A stretch of 64,000 bases of DNA. Origin: Anaeromyxobacteraceae bacterium. Lineage in GTDB: Bacteria > Myxococcota > Myxococcia > Myxococcales > Anaeromyxobacteraceae. The notes under the pieces are model-generated. The model was given only the letters and a program-made list of their open reading frames with translations, was not told where the DNA came from and ran no database searches. Location: NCBI GenBank assembly GCA_047602405.1, contig JASGHJ010000001.1:800001-864000 (forward strand). Reading direction: 5' to 3'. Shown here piece after piece: positions 10,286 to 20,054 of the stretch. A program made the translations under genes and the position numbers. The stretch's first letter is position 1. Each line of letters opens with the position of its first letter.

Positions 10286-10300
10286 GCGCGGCGCGGTCGC

Positions 10301-10768
10301 TCAGTCCCGGTCGTGCCCGTGTCCCTTGCCGCGGCCCTTCTTGTCGTGGCCGTAGGCGTGCCCGCGGCCCGGGCCGCGATCGTCGCGGGACTCGCGACGG
10401 CCCTCGCGCCACTCACCGCGCTCGGCGCGAACCGGCTCGGGGCGCCAGCGGCGGTAGTGGCCGGGCGGCGGGAGGCGCACGAGGCGCGCGGGCACCCGCG
10501 GGCCGGGCACGTACACGAACGCCATCCGCGGGCCCGGCGCGCGATACCAGTACGGGCCGCGGCGCAGCCAGTAGGCGCCTCCGACGAGGAACACCTCCTC
10601 CTCGTAGTCCGGGATCACCTGCACGCCCGGCGAGACGACGACGAACCCGGGCTGGACGGGGAGGCCGAGCGTGATCGAGACGCCGACCTGCGCGCGGGCG
10701 GGCTGCGGGAGCGCGACGGCGCCCGCGAGGGCGGCGGCGGCGAGGAGCGTTCTGGCGATGGGCTTCAT
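10301..10768 (-). CDS. Exported Trp/Tyr/Arg-rich small protein (YXWGXW-like)
   Basis: Signal peptide ending ARA-Q, GAYWLRRGPYWY, basic His/Gly-rich tail. Confidence 0.7.
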   Translation of the reverse strand: MKPIARTLLAAAALAGAVALPQPARAQVGVSITLGLPVQPGFVVVSPGVQVIPDYEEEVFLVGGAYWLRRGPYWYRAPGPRMAFVYVPGPRVPARLVRLPPPGHYRRWRPEPVRAERGEWREGRRESRDDRGPGRGHAYGHDKKGRGKGHGHDRD

Positions 10769-10905
10769 GACCGTGGAGCCTCCTCGCGAAGGCGCGCCGA
10801 GGCAAGGCACGGACGGGCGAGCGCCCTTTCTGGCGCTGCGTGCGGGTGGCAGCGCGGAGCACCTTCGCCTCCTGTACGGATCGGTACGCGACCCCGGCCG
10901 GAGGC

Positions 10906-11265
10906 TCACCGGAGCGTGACGAGGATCGCGCCCCAGCCGCCCGCGTCCTCGCCCGCGGTGCGGAACGACGCGACGCGCGGGTCGCGCGCGAGCAGCGCCT
11001 CGACGCCGCGCCGGAGCGCGCCGGTGCCCTTGCCCGGCACGATGCGCAGCTCCTTCAGGCCCGCCTCCGCGCACGCGCCGAGCCACTCCGGCACGAGGTC
11101 GCCCACCTCCGACGGCGCGAAGGCGTGGAGATCCAGCGTGCCGTCGATGGGGAGCGGCACAGGTTCTGCGTCTCCGGGGGCGCTCGGCGCGCCCCCGCCC
11201 CGTGGAGCGGAGCTCCCCGGGGCCCCACCCCGAGCAGCACGGCCGAAGGGATCGTCCTCGTTCAC
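10906..11265 (-). CDS. Stand-alone Smr domain protein
   Basis: LDLHAF, IVPGKGTGALR, GGWGA. Confidence 0.88.
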   Translation of the reverse strand: MNEDDPFGRAARGGAPGSSAPRGGGAPSAPGDAEPVPLPIDGTLDLHAFAPSEVGDLVPEWLGACAEAGLKELRIVPGKGTGALRRGVEALLARDPRVASFRTAGEDAGGWGAILVTLR

Positions 11266-11288
11266 GGGCAGGATGATAGCCTCCCCGC

Positions 11289-12098
11289 ATGCTCGCCGCC
11301 CGCGCCGTCGCGCTCGCCGTCTCCGTCACCGTCGCCCTCCCCGCGGCCGCGACCGAGCCGGAGCTCTCGAAGGACCGGCGCGACCTCTGGATCACCGCCG
11401 GCGCCGGCGCGGTCGTGCTGGGCCTCGAGCTCGCGAAGGGCGCGATCGTGCCGGACACCTGCCGCTGGTGCGCGACGAACGGCCTCGACGACGGCGTGCG
11501 CCGCCGGCTGGTCTGGAGCGACCCGAAGGTCGCGCGGCTCACCTCCGACGGCCTCGCCGGCTTCGCGCTCCCCGCGGGCGCCGCCGCGTACCTCGTGCTC
11601 GCCGCGCGGGGCGGCCCGGGCTGGAAGGAGGGCGCGTGGGACACGGTCTACGTCGCCGAGGCGGCCGCCCTGTCGATGACGCTCAACCAGCTCGTCAAGC
11701 TCGCGGTGGTCCGCCAGCGCCCCTACGCTGCGCACGGAAACTGGGCCTACGCGGACCGGAAGACCACCGCCGACGACAACCTCTCCTTCTGGTCGAGCCA
11801 CACCGCGGTCAGCTTCGCGATCGCGACCTCCGCCGGGACCGTCGCGTCGATGCGCGGCCGCGAGGAGGCGCCGTGGGTCTGGGCGGTGGGCCTCACCGCC
11901 GCGACCGCCGCGGGCTACTTCCGGATCGCCGCCGACAAGCACTACCTGACCGACGTGCTCACCGGGGCCGTCGTGGGCAGCGCGTTCGGGCTCGCGGTGC
12001 CGAAGCTCTTGCACGGGAAGGTGGAGGGCCCGGGCCAGGGCGCGACCGGCGTCACGGTGGTGCCGGTGCCGTTCGGGATCGCGGGGACCTTCTACTAA
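11289..12098 (+). CDS. PAP2-family phosphatase
   Basis: KLAVVRQRP, SFWSSH, RIAADKHYLTDV. Confidence 0.88.
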   Translation: MLAARAVALAVSVTVALPAAATEPELSKDRRDLWITAGAGAVVLGLELAKGAIVPDTCRWCATNGLDDGVRRRLVWSDPKVARLTSDGLAGFALPAGAAAYLVLAARGGPGWKEGAWDTVYVAEAAALSMTLNQLVKLAVVRQRPYAAHGNWAYADRKTTADDNLSFWSSHTAVSFAIATSAGTVASMRGREEAPWVWAVGLTAATAAGYFRIAADKHYLTDVLTGAVVGSAFGLAVPKLLHGKVEGPGQGATGVTVVPVPFGIAGTFY

Positions 12099-12122
12099 GG
12101 CTACCCAGGCCCCACCAGGCTG

Positions 12123-14429
12123 CTACGCCGCCTCGGCGAGCTTCGCGGCGAGCGTGGCGCGGAGCGCGCCGACCTCGAACGGCTTCTCGAGGCACACGAC
12201 CTTCGTCTCCTCGAGGAACTCGCGCGCGGCGGGCGTGAACGCCCCGCCGGTGAGGAAGACCATCCGGCGCACGTAGCCGGGGTCGCGCTTCTGCAGCTCG
12301 GCGTAGAGGTCCATGCCGGTCATCTCCGGCATGAGGAGGTCGGACAGCACGACGTCGAAGCGCTCGCCCTGCTCGACCTTGTCGAGCGCGGCGCGCGCGG
12401 AGGTGACGACCTGCACGTCGTGGTCGCCGCGCAGCGTGCGCGCGAGCACGGTGCCGACGAGCGCCTCGTCGTCCACCACGAGGATGCGGGCGCGCGGCAC
12501 GGCCTGCGGCGCGGGGGCCGGCTCGCGGCGGAGGCTGGCCGGAGCGGCGGCGCGGAGCACCACCCGGAAGGTCGAGCCTTCGCCGGGCGTCGAGCGCACC
12601 TGGATCTCGCCGCCGAGCGCGCTCACGATGGAGTGGCAGATCGAGAGCCCGAGGCCGGTGCCGACGCCCGGCGCCTTCGTCGTGAAGAAGGGGTCGAAGA
12701 TCCGGCCGGCGAGCTCGGCGGGGACGCCGCAGCCGGTGTCCGTCACGTCGACCGCGACGCGGCCGTCGGCGAGCACCTCGCCCGAGACGCGGATCGTGTT
12801 CGCGTCGGCGCGCCCCTCGGGCAGCGCCTGCGCGGCGTTCACGAGGAGGTTCAGGAACACCTGCCCGAGCCGGCCCTCGTTGCCGTGCACGGGCGGCAGC
12901 CCGGTGAGCTCCTTCACGAGCCTCGCGCGGTGCTTGATCTCGTTCCACGCCATGTTCACGGCGGAGTCGAGCACGCGGCAGAGGTCGACCGGGCCGGTGT
13001 GCTCGTCGTCGGGCCGCGAGAAGGTCTTGAGGTCGCGGATGATGACCCGCATGCGCTCGCAGCCGTCGCGGGCGTCGCGCACGGCCTCGGCGAGCTGGGC
13101 CGCGAGGTCGTGGTCGTCCGGGTCGGGCGGGCTCCCCATGAGCAGCGCGCCGGTGCGGGCGACGCGGTCGGCGAGGAACGCGAGGTTCGCGCTCACGTAC
13201 GCGAGCGGGTTGTTGAGCTCGTGGGCGACGCCCGCGGCGAGCGTGCCGACGGAGGCCATCCGGTCGGCGAGCGCGAGCCGGGCGCCCATCTGCTTGCGCT
13301 CGGTGACGTCGCGGAGCACGACGAGGTCGCGGCCGGGGCGGATCCCCGCGACGGCGGCGTACTCGGCGAGGCGGCGGCCGGAGGGCACGGCGAGCTCGAC
13401 CTCGCCGGAGGCGCGGCCCTGCGCGCGCCGCTCCGACCAGCGCTCCGGCCCGCGGGGCCCGAGGGCCGGCACCGCGTCGTCGAGCGGGCGCTCCACCAGC
13501 GCCTCGCGGCGCTTGCCGAGGAGCTCGCACGCGGCCGGGTTCACGTCGACCACGCGGCCGTCCCCGCCGACGACCAGCATCGCGTCGAGCGGGGCGTCGA
13601 AGATGGCGCGGAGCTGCAGCTCGCGCTCCGAGAGCGCCTCCTCGGCGCGGTACCGGGCGAGCGCCGCGGTGAGGACGCCGGCGATGGCCTCGAGGATGCG
13701 GACCTCGTCGTGGCCGAAGACGTGGGAATCCGTGGAGTACGCGCCCAGCACGCGCAGCGTGCGCTCGGACCCGGGCAGCGCGATCTCGTGGGCGTCGACG
13801 AAGCCGAAGGCCCCGGTGATGCCGCGATCGGCGGCGGGCTCCACCCTGCCGAGCGGCGGCGCCGCGACGCCGGCCGCGGCGCGGAGCGTCCAGGCCTCGC
13901 CGCGCACGTCGGTCACCGCGACGGCCTCGTAGCCGAGGAGGTCCACGGCGGCCTTGCACGCGCGCGCGAGCAGCCGGTCGAGGTCGTTGCCGCCGAGCGC
14001 CTCGTCGGTGAGGCGCGCGAGCGCCGCCTGCTCGGACGCGCGGCGGCGGAGCTCGGCGTCGGCCATGCGGCGGTGGGTGACGTCGCGGAAGACGCCCAGG
14101 CGGATCCGCCCGGGGCCGTCGCCCCAGGTGGACGCGTGGCGCTCGAGGATGCGGCCGTCGGTCAGCGTGAGGTCGATGACGGTGACGGCGTCGTTCTGGC
14201 CGATGGACACGTACTCGCCGAGCACGCGGCCCTGCAGGCCGGCGACGAGCGCGTCCTGCGCCGGGCGGCCCGGCCCGAGGGTGCGCATGCGCTCGCGCTC
14301 CTCCTCGGAGAAGTCGAAGAGCTCGAGCAGCCGGTCGTTCCAGGCGAGGAGGCGGCCGTCCGGCGACACGAGGACGAGGCCGTCCGGGGACGACGAGAGG
14401 AGGGCCGTGAGGAGCGAATCGCTCCCCAC
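12123..14429 (-). CDS. Cytoplasmic PAS-GAF-PAS hybrid histidine kinase with C-terminal REC
   Basis: ADRMASVGTLAAGVAHELNNPL, FFTTKAPGVGTGLGL, ILVVDDE...DLLMPEMTG; start approximate. Confidence 0.9.
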   Translation of the reverse strand: MGSDSLLTALLSSSPDGLVLVSPDGRLLAWNDRLLELFDFSEEERERMRTLGPGRPAQDALVAGLQGRVLGEYVSIGQNDAVTVIDLTLTDGRILERHASTWGDGPGRIRLGVFRDVTHRRMADAELRRRASEQAALARLTDEALGGNDLDRLLARACKAAVDLLGYEAVAVTDVRGEAWTLRAAAGVAAPPLGRVEPAADRGITGAFGFVDAHEIALPGSERTLRVLGAYSTDSHVFGHDEVRILEAIAGVLTAALARYRAEEALSERELQLRAIFDAPLDAMLVVGGDGRVVDVNPAACELLGKRREALVERPLDDAVPALGPRGPERWSERRAQGRASGEVELAVPSGRRLAEYAAVAGIRPGRDLVVLRDVTERKQMGARLALADRMASVGTLAAGVAHELNNPLAYVSANLAFLADRVARTGALLMGSPPDPDDHDLAAQLAEAVRDARDGCERMRVIIRDLKTFSRPDDEHTGPVDLCRVLDSAVNMAWNEIKHRARLVKELTGLPPVHGNEGRLGQVFLNLLVNAAQALPEGRADANTIRVSGEVLADGRVAVDVTDTGCGVPAELAGRIFDPFFTTKAPGVGTGLGLSICHSIVSALGGEIQVRSTPGEGSTFRVVLRAAAPASLRREPAPAPQAVPRARILVVDDEALVGTVLARTLRGDHDVQVVTSARAALDKVEQGERFDVVLSDLLMPEMTGMDLYAELQKRDPGYVRRMVFLTGGAFTPAAREFLEETKVVCLEKPFEVGALRATLAAKLAEAA

Positions 14430-14678
14430 CCCCTCATCCCCCTGTGCCCCCCCGGGCACGCGCCACCCTGACGTCACGTGTACCGGACGGTGCAGGAATC
14501 GGGCTCCCGTCCTCCGCGCATGGTACGGGCCGGACACGGTTCAACCTGGCGGATTGATTGAGGAGCACGATCAGGGTCGACCGTGGGTCGCGCCGGTGGC
14601 GGGGGACCCTGGGTCAGCGAGACCGGGATCATGTCCACCCACACACGCCGACATGCACCGCTGCGATCCGGCCGGTGG

Positions 14679-15035
14679 TCAACCGCGGAGGAGCTCGAGG
14701 ACCCGCTCCGGCGGCCGCGCGACGACGGCGCGATCACCGGCGACGAGCACGGGCCGGTCGACGATCCGCGGGTGCTTCGAGAGCGCCTCGAGCAGCTCCG
14801 GCTCCGGCGTGCGGGGCGTGAGCCGGAGCACCTGGTACTCGTCCTCGCCGGTGCGGCAGAGGCCGTGCGGCGGCACGCCGAGGCGCGACGCCAGCGCGGC
14901 GAGCTCGGCCGGCGTGGGCGGCTCCTCGAGGAGCCGGCGCAGCTCGGGCTCGTGGCCGCGCTCGCGCAGGAGCGCGAGCGCGGTGCGCGACGCGGGATCG
15001 CGGGCGTCGAACCAGAGGACGAGGGGGGCGGCCAT
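14679..15035 (-). CDS. ArsC/Spx-family protein lacking the N-terminal catalytic Cys
   Basis: ASRTALALLRERG, PPTPAEL, HPRIVDRPVLV, AVVARPPE. Confidence 0.8.
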   Translation of the reverse strand: MAAPLVLWFDARDPASRTALALLRERGHEPELRRLLEEPPTPAELAALASRLGVPPHGLCRTGEDEYQVLRLTPRTPEPELLEALSKHPRIVDRPVLVAGDRAVVARPPERVLELLRG

Positions 15036-15053
15036 GGGGAGCTGAGGCCGCGC

Positions 15054-16958
15054 ATGATAGTGGAAACCGTGGCTCCGGTGGACCTCGCCCAGCACCTCGC
15101 CCGGCTCGGGGCGCTCCTCGCCGCGGAGCGGGACGAGGAGAAGGCGCGCCTCGACGACGCGCGCCGGCGGCTCTCGCTCTCCGAGCGCGAGGCGCGCGGG
15201 CTCGCGCTCGCGGACGTGGAGGCGCTGGACGAGGCGGGCCTCGCGGGCCGGGCGCTCGTGACGTACGGGCGGCAGGGGCGGCCGCTCGGCGGCGCGCGCG
15301 TCGGGGTGGGGTCGCTCGTGTCGGTCACCCTCAGGCGCGACACCCCGGAGGACGCGCCGAGGGGCGTCGTCGCCCGCCGCACCCGCAACGCGCTCGGGGT
15401 GGTCTTCGACGAGCCGCCGCCGGACTGGGCGACCTCGGGCCGCGTGGTGCTCGAGCTCGAGCCGTCGCCGGTGACCTGGGAGCGGCTCTCCGGCGCGCTC
15501 GCGCGGGTCCGCGACGAGCAGGCCGGGAAGCGCTGGCACGAGGTGCTCGGCGGGGCGGCGCCGCGGTTCTCGTCGCGGCCGCGAGGGCCGGCGCTCGCGC
15601 ACGCGCTCAACGCCGAGCAGGCCGCCGCGCTCGACCTCGCCGACCGCGCCGACGACGTCGCGCTCGTGCACGGGCCGCCCGGCACCGGGAAGACCACGGT
15701 GCTCGTGGAGGTCGTGCGCCGCGCGGTCGCGCGCGGGGAGAAGGTGCTCGCGGCCGCGCCCTCGAACCTCGCGGTGGACAACCTCGCCGAGCGGCTCTCC
15801 GCGGCGGGGCTCCGCTGCGTGCGCGCCGGCCACCCGGCCCGCGTGCTGCCGCAGCTCCTCGACCTCACGCTCGAGGCGCAGGCCGCGGCGCACGAGTCGG
15901 CGCGCATCGCGAAGGGGCTCGTGGACGAGGCGCTGCAGCTCCGGCGCGACGCCCGCAAGCGCAAGCAGAAGCGTGGCCCGGGGCGCTTCAGCGAGGCGCG
16001 GGCGCAGGAGCGCGACGCGCGGGCGCTCCTCTCGGAGGCGCGCGCCCTCGAGGCGCGGGCCGAGGCCGAGGTGCTCGATCGGGCGGACGTCGTGCTCGCG
16101 ACGCTCACCTCGCTCGACGGCCCCGCGCTCGCGGGCCGGCGGTGGGCGCTCGCGGTCGTCGACGAGGCGACGCAGGCGGTGGAGCCGGCGGCGTACCTCG
16201 CGCTGCTCCGGGTCGAGCGCGCGGTGCTCGCCGGCGATCACCTGCAGCTCCCGCCCACGGTGCTCTCGGCGGCGGCGCAGGCGGGCGGCCTGGGGACGTC
16301 GCTCTTCGAGCGGCTGGTCGCGGCCCACGGCGACGCCGTGAAGGTGACGCTCGCGGAGCAGCACCGGATGAACGCGAAGATCATGGCGTTCCCCTCCGAG
16401 GCGCTCTACGGCGGCGCGCTCAGGGCCCACCCGGCCGCTGCGGACCGCCACCTCGACGACGCGCCGCTCGAGGTGGTCGACACCTCCGGCCGCGGCTTCG
16501 AGGAGGAGACGCCGGAGGGCTCGGAGTCGAAGGTGAACCCGGGCGAGGCGGCGCTGGTCGCCGACGAGGTGCGGGCGATCCTCGCGCGCGGGCTCGCGCC
16601 GGCGGAGGTCGCCGTCATCGCCGCGTACGACGCGCAGGTGCAGCGGCTGCGGGACCTCCTGGCCGCCGAGGTCGAGGCGGGCCTCGAGGTGGACACGGTG
16701 GACGGGTTCCAGGGCCGCGAGAAGGAGGCCGTGGTGGTCTCGCTCGTGCGCGCGAACGCCGACGGCGAGGTCGGCTTCCTCGCGGACGTGCGGCGGATGA
16801 ACGTCGCGATCACCCGGGCGCGGGCGAAGCTCGTGGTGGTCGGCGACGGGGCCACCGTCGCGCGGCACCCGTTCTACGGGCGGTTCATCGAGCACGCCGA
16901 GGCCGCGGGGGCGTGGCGGAGCGCCTGGGAGCGGGGGGCTTCCGAGCACTCGTCCTGA
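15054..16958 (+). CDS. Superfamily 1 helicase (IGHMBP2/DNA2/NAM7-like)
   Basis: GPPGTGKT, APSNLAVDN, DEATQ, GDHLQLPP, QHRM, TVDGFQGREKE, RRMNVAITRAR; start could be 15069. Confidence 0.93.
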   Translation: MIVETVAPVDLAQHLARLGALLAAERDEEKARLDDARRRLSLSEREARGLALADVEALDEAGLAGRALVTYGRQGRPLGGARVGVGSLVSVTLRRDTPEDAPRGVVARRTRNALGVVFDEPPPDWATSGRVVLELEPSPVTWERLSGALARVRDEQAGKRWHEVLGGAAPRFSSRPRGPALAHALNAEQAAALDLADRADDVALVHGPPGTGKTTVLVEVVRRAVARGEKVLAAAPSNLAVDNLAERLSAAGLRCVRAGHPARVLPQLLDLTLEAQAAAHESARIAKGLVDEALQLRRDARKRKQKRGPGRFSEARAQERDARALLSEARALEARAEAEVLDRADVVLATLTSLDGPALAGRRWALAVVDEATQAVEPAAYLALLRVERAVLAGDHLQLPPTVLSAAAQAGGLGTSLFERLVAAHGDAVKVTLAEQHRMNAKIMAFPSEALYGGALRAHPAAADRHLDDAPLEVVDTSGRGFEEETPEGSESKVNPGEAALVADEVRAILARGLAPAEVAVIAAYDAQVQRLRDLLAAEVEAGLEVDTVDGFQGREKEAVVVSLVRANADGEVGFLADVRRMNVAITRARAKLVVVGDGATVARHPFYGRFIEHAEAAGAWRSAWERGASEHSS

Positions 16959-17005
16959 GAACCATCACGGGTGGCCGGGGAGCCGACCCGGCTGACGTGC
17001 GCGCC

Positions 17006-17025
17006 AGTATGATAGTTGTTATACT
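17006..17025 (+). promoter_or_regulatory. TA operon promoter/operator: AT-rich inverted repeat overlapping an extended -10
   Basis: AGTAT-N10-ATACT palindrome; TGtTATACT at 17017-17025, 6 nt before GTG 17032. Confidence 0.6.
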
Positions 17026-17031
17026 TGGGCC

Positions 17032-17346
17032 GTGACCGCCAAGTCCGAACCCTCCCGCCACATCTCGACGATGGACCTCCGCGCCCGCCTCGGTGACGTC
17101 CTCGACCGGGTGCGGCTCCGCTTCGATACCTTCGTCGTCGAGCGCAAGGGCGAGGAGATCGCCGCGATCGTGCCGGTCGAGCGTATGCGCCGGCTGGAGG
17201 AGTTCGCGCGGCGCCGGGCCGACGAGCTGGAGGCCCATCAGCGCGAGGCCGCCGGCGAGGCCAGCGAGCAGGACGTCGAGCAGCAGCTTCGGGAGTCGCT
17301 GGCGGACGTCCGCGCTGAGCGGGCCCGCAAGGGCAAGCGCCGGTGA
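17032..17346 (+). CDS. Phd/YefM-family antitoxin
   Basis: ISTMDLRARLGDVLDRV...VVERKGEEIAAIVP; coupled to the PIN gene. Confidence 0.85.
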   Translation: MTAKSEPSRHISTMDLRARLGDVLDRVRLRFDTFVVERKGEEIAAIVPVERMRRLEEFARRRADELEAHQREAAGEASEQDVEQQLRESLADVRAERARKGKRR

Positions 17347-17777
17347 GGCCCTGGCGGGTGGTGCTGGACACGATGGTCTGGCTCAGCGCCGCGGTGAACC
17401 CGCTCGGCGCGCCAGGCGAGATCGTCCGGCTCGCCCGCTCCGGCGCCTTCCGGATCGTGACCTCCTCGGCCATCCACGAGGAGATCGCCGACGTGCTCAC
17501 CCGCCCCGGGAACCGGCGGCTGTTCCACCCGCACTTCGACGCGGCCGAATGGCTCGACCTGGTGGAGTTCGCCGCCGCGGACGTCATCGAGGACACGCTC
17601 GGGCCGCGCGTCTCTGTGGATCCCAAGGACGACATGTTCTGCTGGGCGGCGTACACCGGCGCCGCCACGCACATCGTCTCGAAGGACCCCGACCTCCGGA
17701 ACCTGAAGCACTACCGGGGCGCCCAGGTGCTCGAGCCTCGCGCCTTCCTCGAGGCGTTCCGGGCGCGGCTCGCCTGA
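17343..17777 (+). CDS. PIN-domain (VapC-like) toxin
   Basis: VVLDTMVWLSA, DPKDD, IVSKDPDL; GTGA overlap. Confidence 0.88.
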   Translation: MRPWRVVLDTMVWLSAAVNPLGAPGEIVRLARSGAFRIVTSSAIHEEIADVLTRPGNRRLFHPHFDAAEWLDLVEFAAADVIEDTLGPRVSVDPKDDMFCWAAYTGAATHIVSKDPDLRNLKHYRGAQVLEPRAFLEAFRARLA

Positions 17778-17795
17778 CGTTGCTCGGGCGTGCTG

Positions 17796-18239
17796 TCAGG
17801 ACTTGCGCTTCGCACTTCGGCGCTTCCTGGTGCGCGGGACGACATAGAAGGTGACCTCGTCGGCCATCGACGCCAGCTTGCGGAGCAGGGGACCCTCGGA
17901 TCCGAAGTCGGCGGGCAGTTCGGGCGGCTCCCACCAGATCTCGAGCTTCGTCCACTCACCGTCTTCCCGTGCGAGGCGAGCGAGCGTGCGGCGGTGCGGC
18001 CAGAGCAAGGCGAGCAGGGCCTTCGCGGCCCCGTCGACCTCCGACGAGTTCCCGTCGGACGTGGCCTCGCACTCGAGCTCCCACTTGCCCCAGGGCGGGG
18101 GAATCTGTTTCCCCGGCCGCCGCTCGCCGCGGCGGAGCTTGCTCGTCGGCTCGATCCCGGTCGCCTTCGTCAGGCGATCGGGATCCAGGTCACGGCCGCA
18201 GACGGCCCACGCCACCCGCGCGAGCAAGCGTTCCTTCAC
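17796..18239 (-). CDS. DUF4279-like protein
   Basis: GRDLDPDRLTKATGIEPT..RRGE..W pattern; GTG overlaps the DUF885 stop. Confidence 0.6.
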   Translation of the reverse strand: MKERLLARVAWAVCGRDLDPDRLTKATGIEPTSKLRRGERRPGKQIPPPWGKWELECEATSDGNSSEVDGAAKALLALLWPHRRTLARLAREDGEWTKLEIWWEPPELPADFGSEGPLLRKLASMADEVTFYVVPRTRKRRSAKRKS

Positions 18240-19984
18240 TTGATCGGCTCCCCGAACATCAGCGCCCGGACGATCCGCACCGGGGGCGCGCCGTAGCTCA
18301 GCAGCTGGTCGTGGTAGGCGCGGGCGTCGAACTTCTTGCCGAGCTTCTTCTCGGCGTACGCGCGCAGGTCGGCGTGCTCCTGGTAGCCGACGAAGTAGGT
18401 GGAGAGCTGGGCGGAGGTGAGCTCGGCGCGGACCCACTTCGCGGCGGCCTCGCGCTCCTCCTGGAAGGCGGTCTCGGTCATGAGCTTCATCGCGGCGTCG
18501 CGGGTCATGCCGTCGACGTGGATGGCGCTGTCGATGATCGCGTTCGTGGTGGCGCGCAGGTACCACTTGAGCTGGATGAGCCGCATCAGGGGATCGGCGG
18601 CGCGGAAGCCGGCGTCGATGGTGATGCGCTCGCCGTACTCGGCCCAGCCCTCGACGAACGAGCCGGACTGGAAGACGTTGCGCAGCGAGAACGGGCTGCG
18701 GTTCGCGTGCGCGCCCTGCAGGTAGTGGCCGGGCATCGCCTCGTGCAGCGTGAGGTTCGCGATGGAGCGCTCGTTGTACTCGCGCAGGAAGGAGTCGACC
18801 TGCTTCTCGGTCCAGTCGGCGGGGATGGGGGAGACCGCGTAGAAGGTGCGCTGCCCGCGGTCGAGCGCGCCGGGCGAGTCGCAGTAGGCGAGCGCGACGC
18901 CCCGCTGGAACTCGGGCATCACGATGATGTCGACGGGCTCGTCCGGCACGGTCACGAAGCCGGCCTGGCGCACGAAGGCGGTCGCCTCGGCGAGCGTCTT
19001 CTTCGCGGTCTCGACCACGGCGTCGCGCGGCGGCCGGTCCGCGTAGGCGAGCTCGAGCGCGGCGGCGATGACGGCCTGCTGCTCGGCGGCGGTGGGCCTC
19101 GCGGGCGCCGGCGGCGCGCCGGGCTTCCCGGCGAGGGCCTTCGTGGAGACGGCGTACATCTCGGCGCGCACGCGCTTCACCTCGGCCTCGGCGCGGCGGC
19201 GGACCTCCTGGCGCGAGAGCGGCGACATGAGCGAGAAGCGGAGCTTCTCGTCGTAGAGCTTCGCGCCGATCCGGAACTCGCCCTTCGCGGCCGGCTTCAT
19301 CGTGCCCTCGAGCCACCGCTGGTGCTCGGCGAGCGCCGCCTTCGCGCCGGCGATGGCCTTCTCGAGGCGGGCCCGGTCGGCGTCGGGGAGCACCTTCAGG
19401 TTCGGCACGACGAGCTCGTCGACGAGGGACAGGACGCCCGGGTTCTGCTTCACGGCGGTCTCGGCGTGGATCGCCGGCACGCGCGCGAGGACGAGGTTCG
19501 CGCGCTCCTGCGCGAGGAGCCGCGGCAGCTTCTCGAGCCGCGCGGCCACCGCGAGGAGCCGCTGCGGGAGCGGCGCGTACTCGCGCGCGAGCAGCGAGTA
19601 GAGCGCGTCGCCGGCGAGGCCGGTGTAGACGAGCGGGTTCCAGGCCCAGTCCTGGAGCTTCGTCTCGTAGAAGTCCGCCGCCCTCAGCTGGTTCTCGAGG
19701 ATGGCGACGTCGGCCTGGTTGGCGCGCGAGAGGTGCGCGCGGTCGAGCTTGTTCAGCCGCTCGAGCCAGGAGCGGGTCCAGGCGAGCGCGGCGGCCCGGC
19801 CCTCGGCCGAGAGGTCGTCGAGCTCGGCGTCGAAGCGGTGCTCGCCGAGCTGGGTCGCGCCGACGGGCGAGTACTTCCCGAACTCGCGGAGGTAGTCGCG
19901 CGTCAGCGTCTCGAACGCGGCGTCGGCGGGGGAGAGCGGCGGCGCGGCGGAGAGGGCGAGGGCGGCGACGAGGGCGAGGGTCAT
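18236..19984 (-). CDS. DUF885-family exported metallopeptidase-like protein
   Basis: Signal peptide, ATQLG, HEAMPGHYLQ, FVEGWAEY, QLSTYFVG. Confidence 0.9.
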   Translation of the reverse strand: MTLALVAALALSAAPPLSPADAAFETLTRDYLREFGKYSPVGATQLGEHRFDAELDDLSAEGRAAALAWTRSWLERLNKLDRAHLSRANQADVAILENQLRAADFYETKLQDWAWNPLVYTGLAGDALYSLLAREYAPLPQRLLAVAARLEKLPRLLAQERANLVLARVPAIHAETAVKQNPGVLSLVDELVVPNLKVLPDADRARLEKAIAGAKAALAEHQRWLEGTMKPAAKGEFRIGAKLYDEKLRFSLMSPLSRQEVRRRAEAEVKRVRAEMYAVSTKALAGKPGAPPAPARPTAAEQQAVIAAALELAYADRPPRDAVVETAKKTLAEATAFVRQAGFVTVPDEPVDIIVMPEFQRGVALAYCDSPGALDRGQRTFYAVSPIPADWTEKQVDSFLREYNERSIANLTLHEAMPGHYLQGAHANRSPFSLRNVFQSGSFVEGWAEYGERITIDAGFRAADPLMRLIQLKWYLRATTNAIIDSAIHVDGMTRDAAMKLMTETAFQEEREAAAKWVRAELTSAQLSTYFVGYQEHADLRAYAEKKLGKKFDARAYHDQLLSYGAPPVRIVRALMFGEPIK

Positions 19985-20054
19985 CGTGGGGCCTCCAGGG
20001 GCTTCGACGGTCGGCGCGGGTGGGAGGTCGGCAGTATGAGCTACCTTGCGGGTG

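Noticed and set aside
14430..14678. Riboswitch (e.g. c-di-GMP) in the intergenic region upstream of the PAS-GAF kinase
   Set aside because: No recognisable aptamer consensus on either strand by eye; would need an Rfam scan
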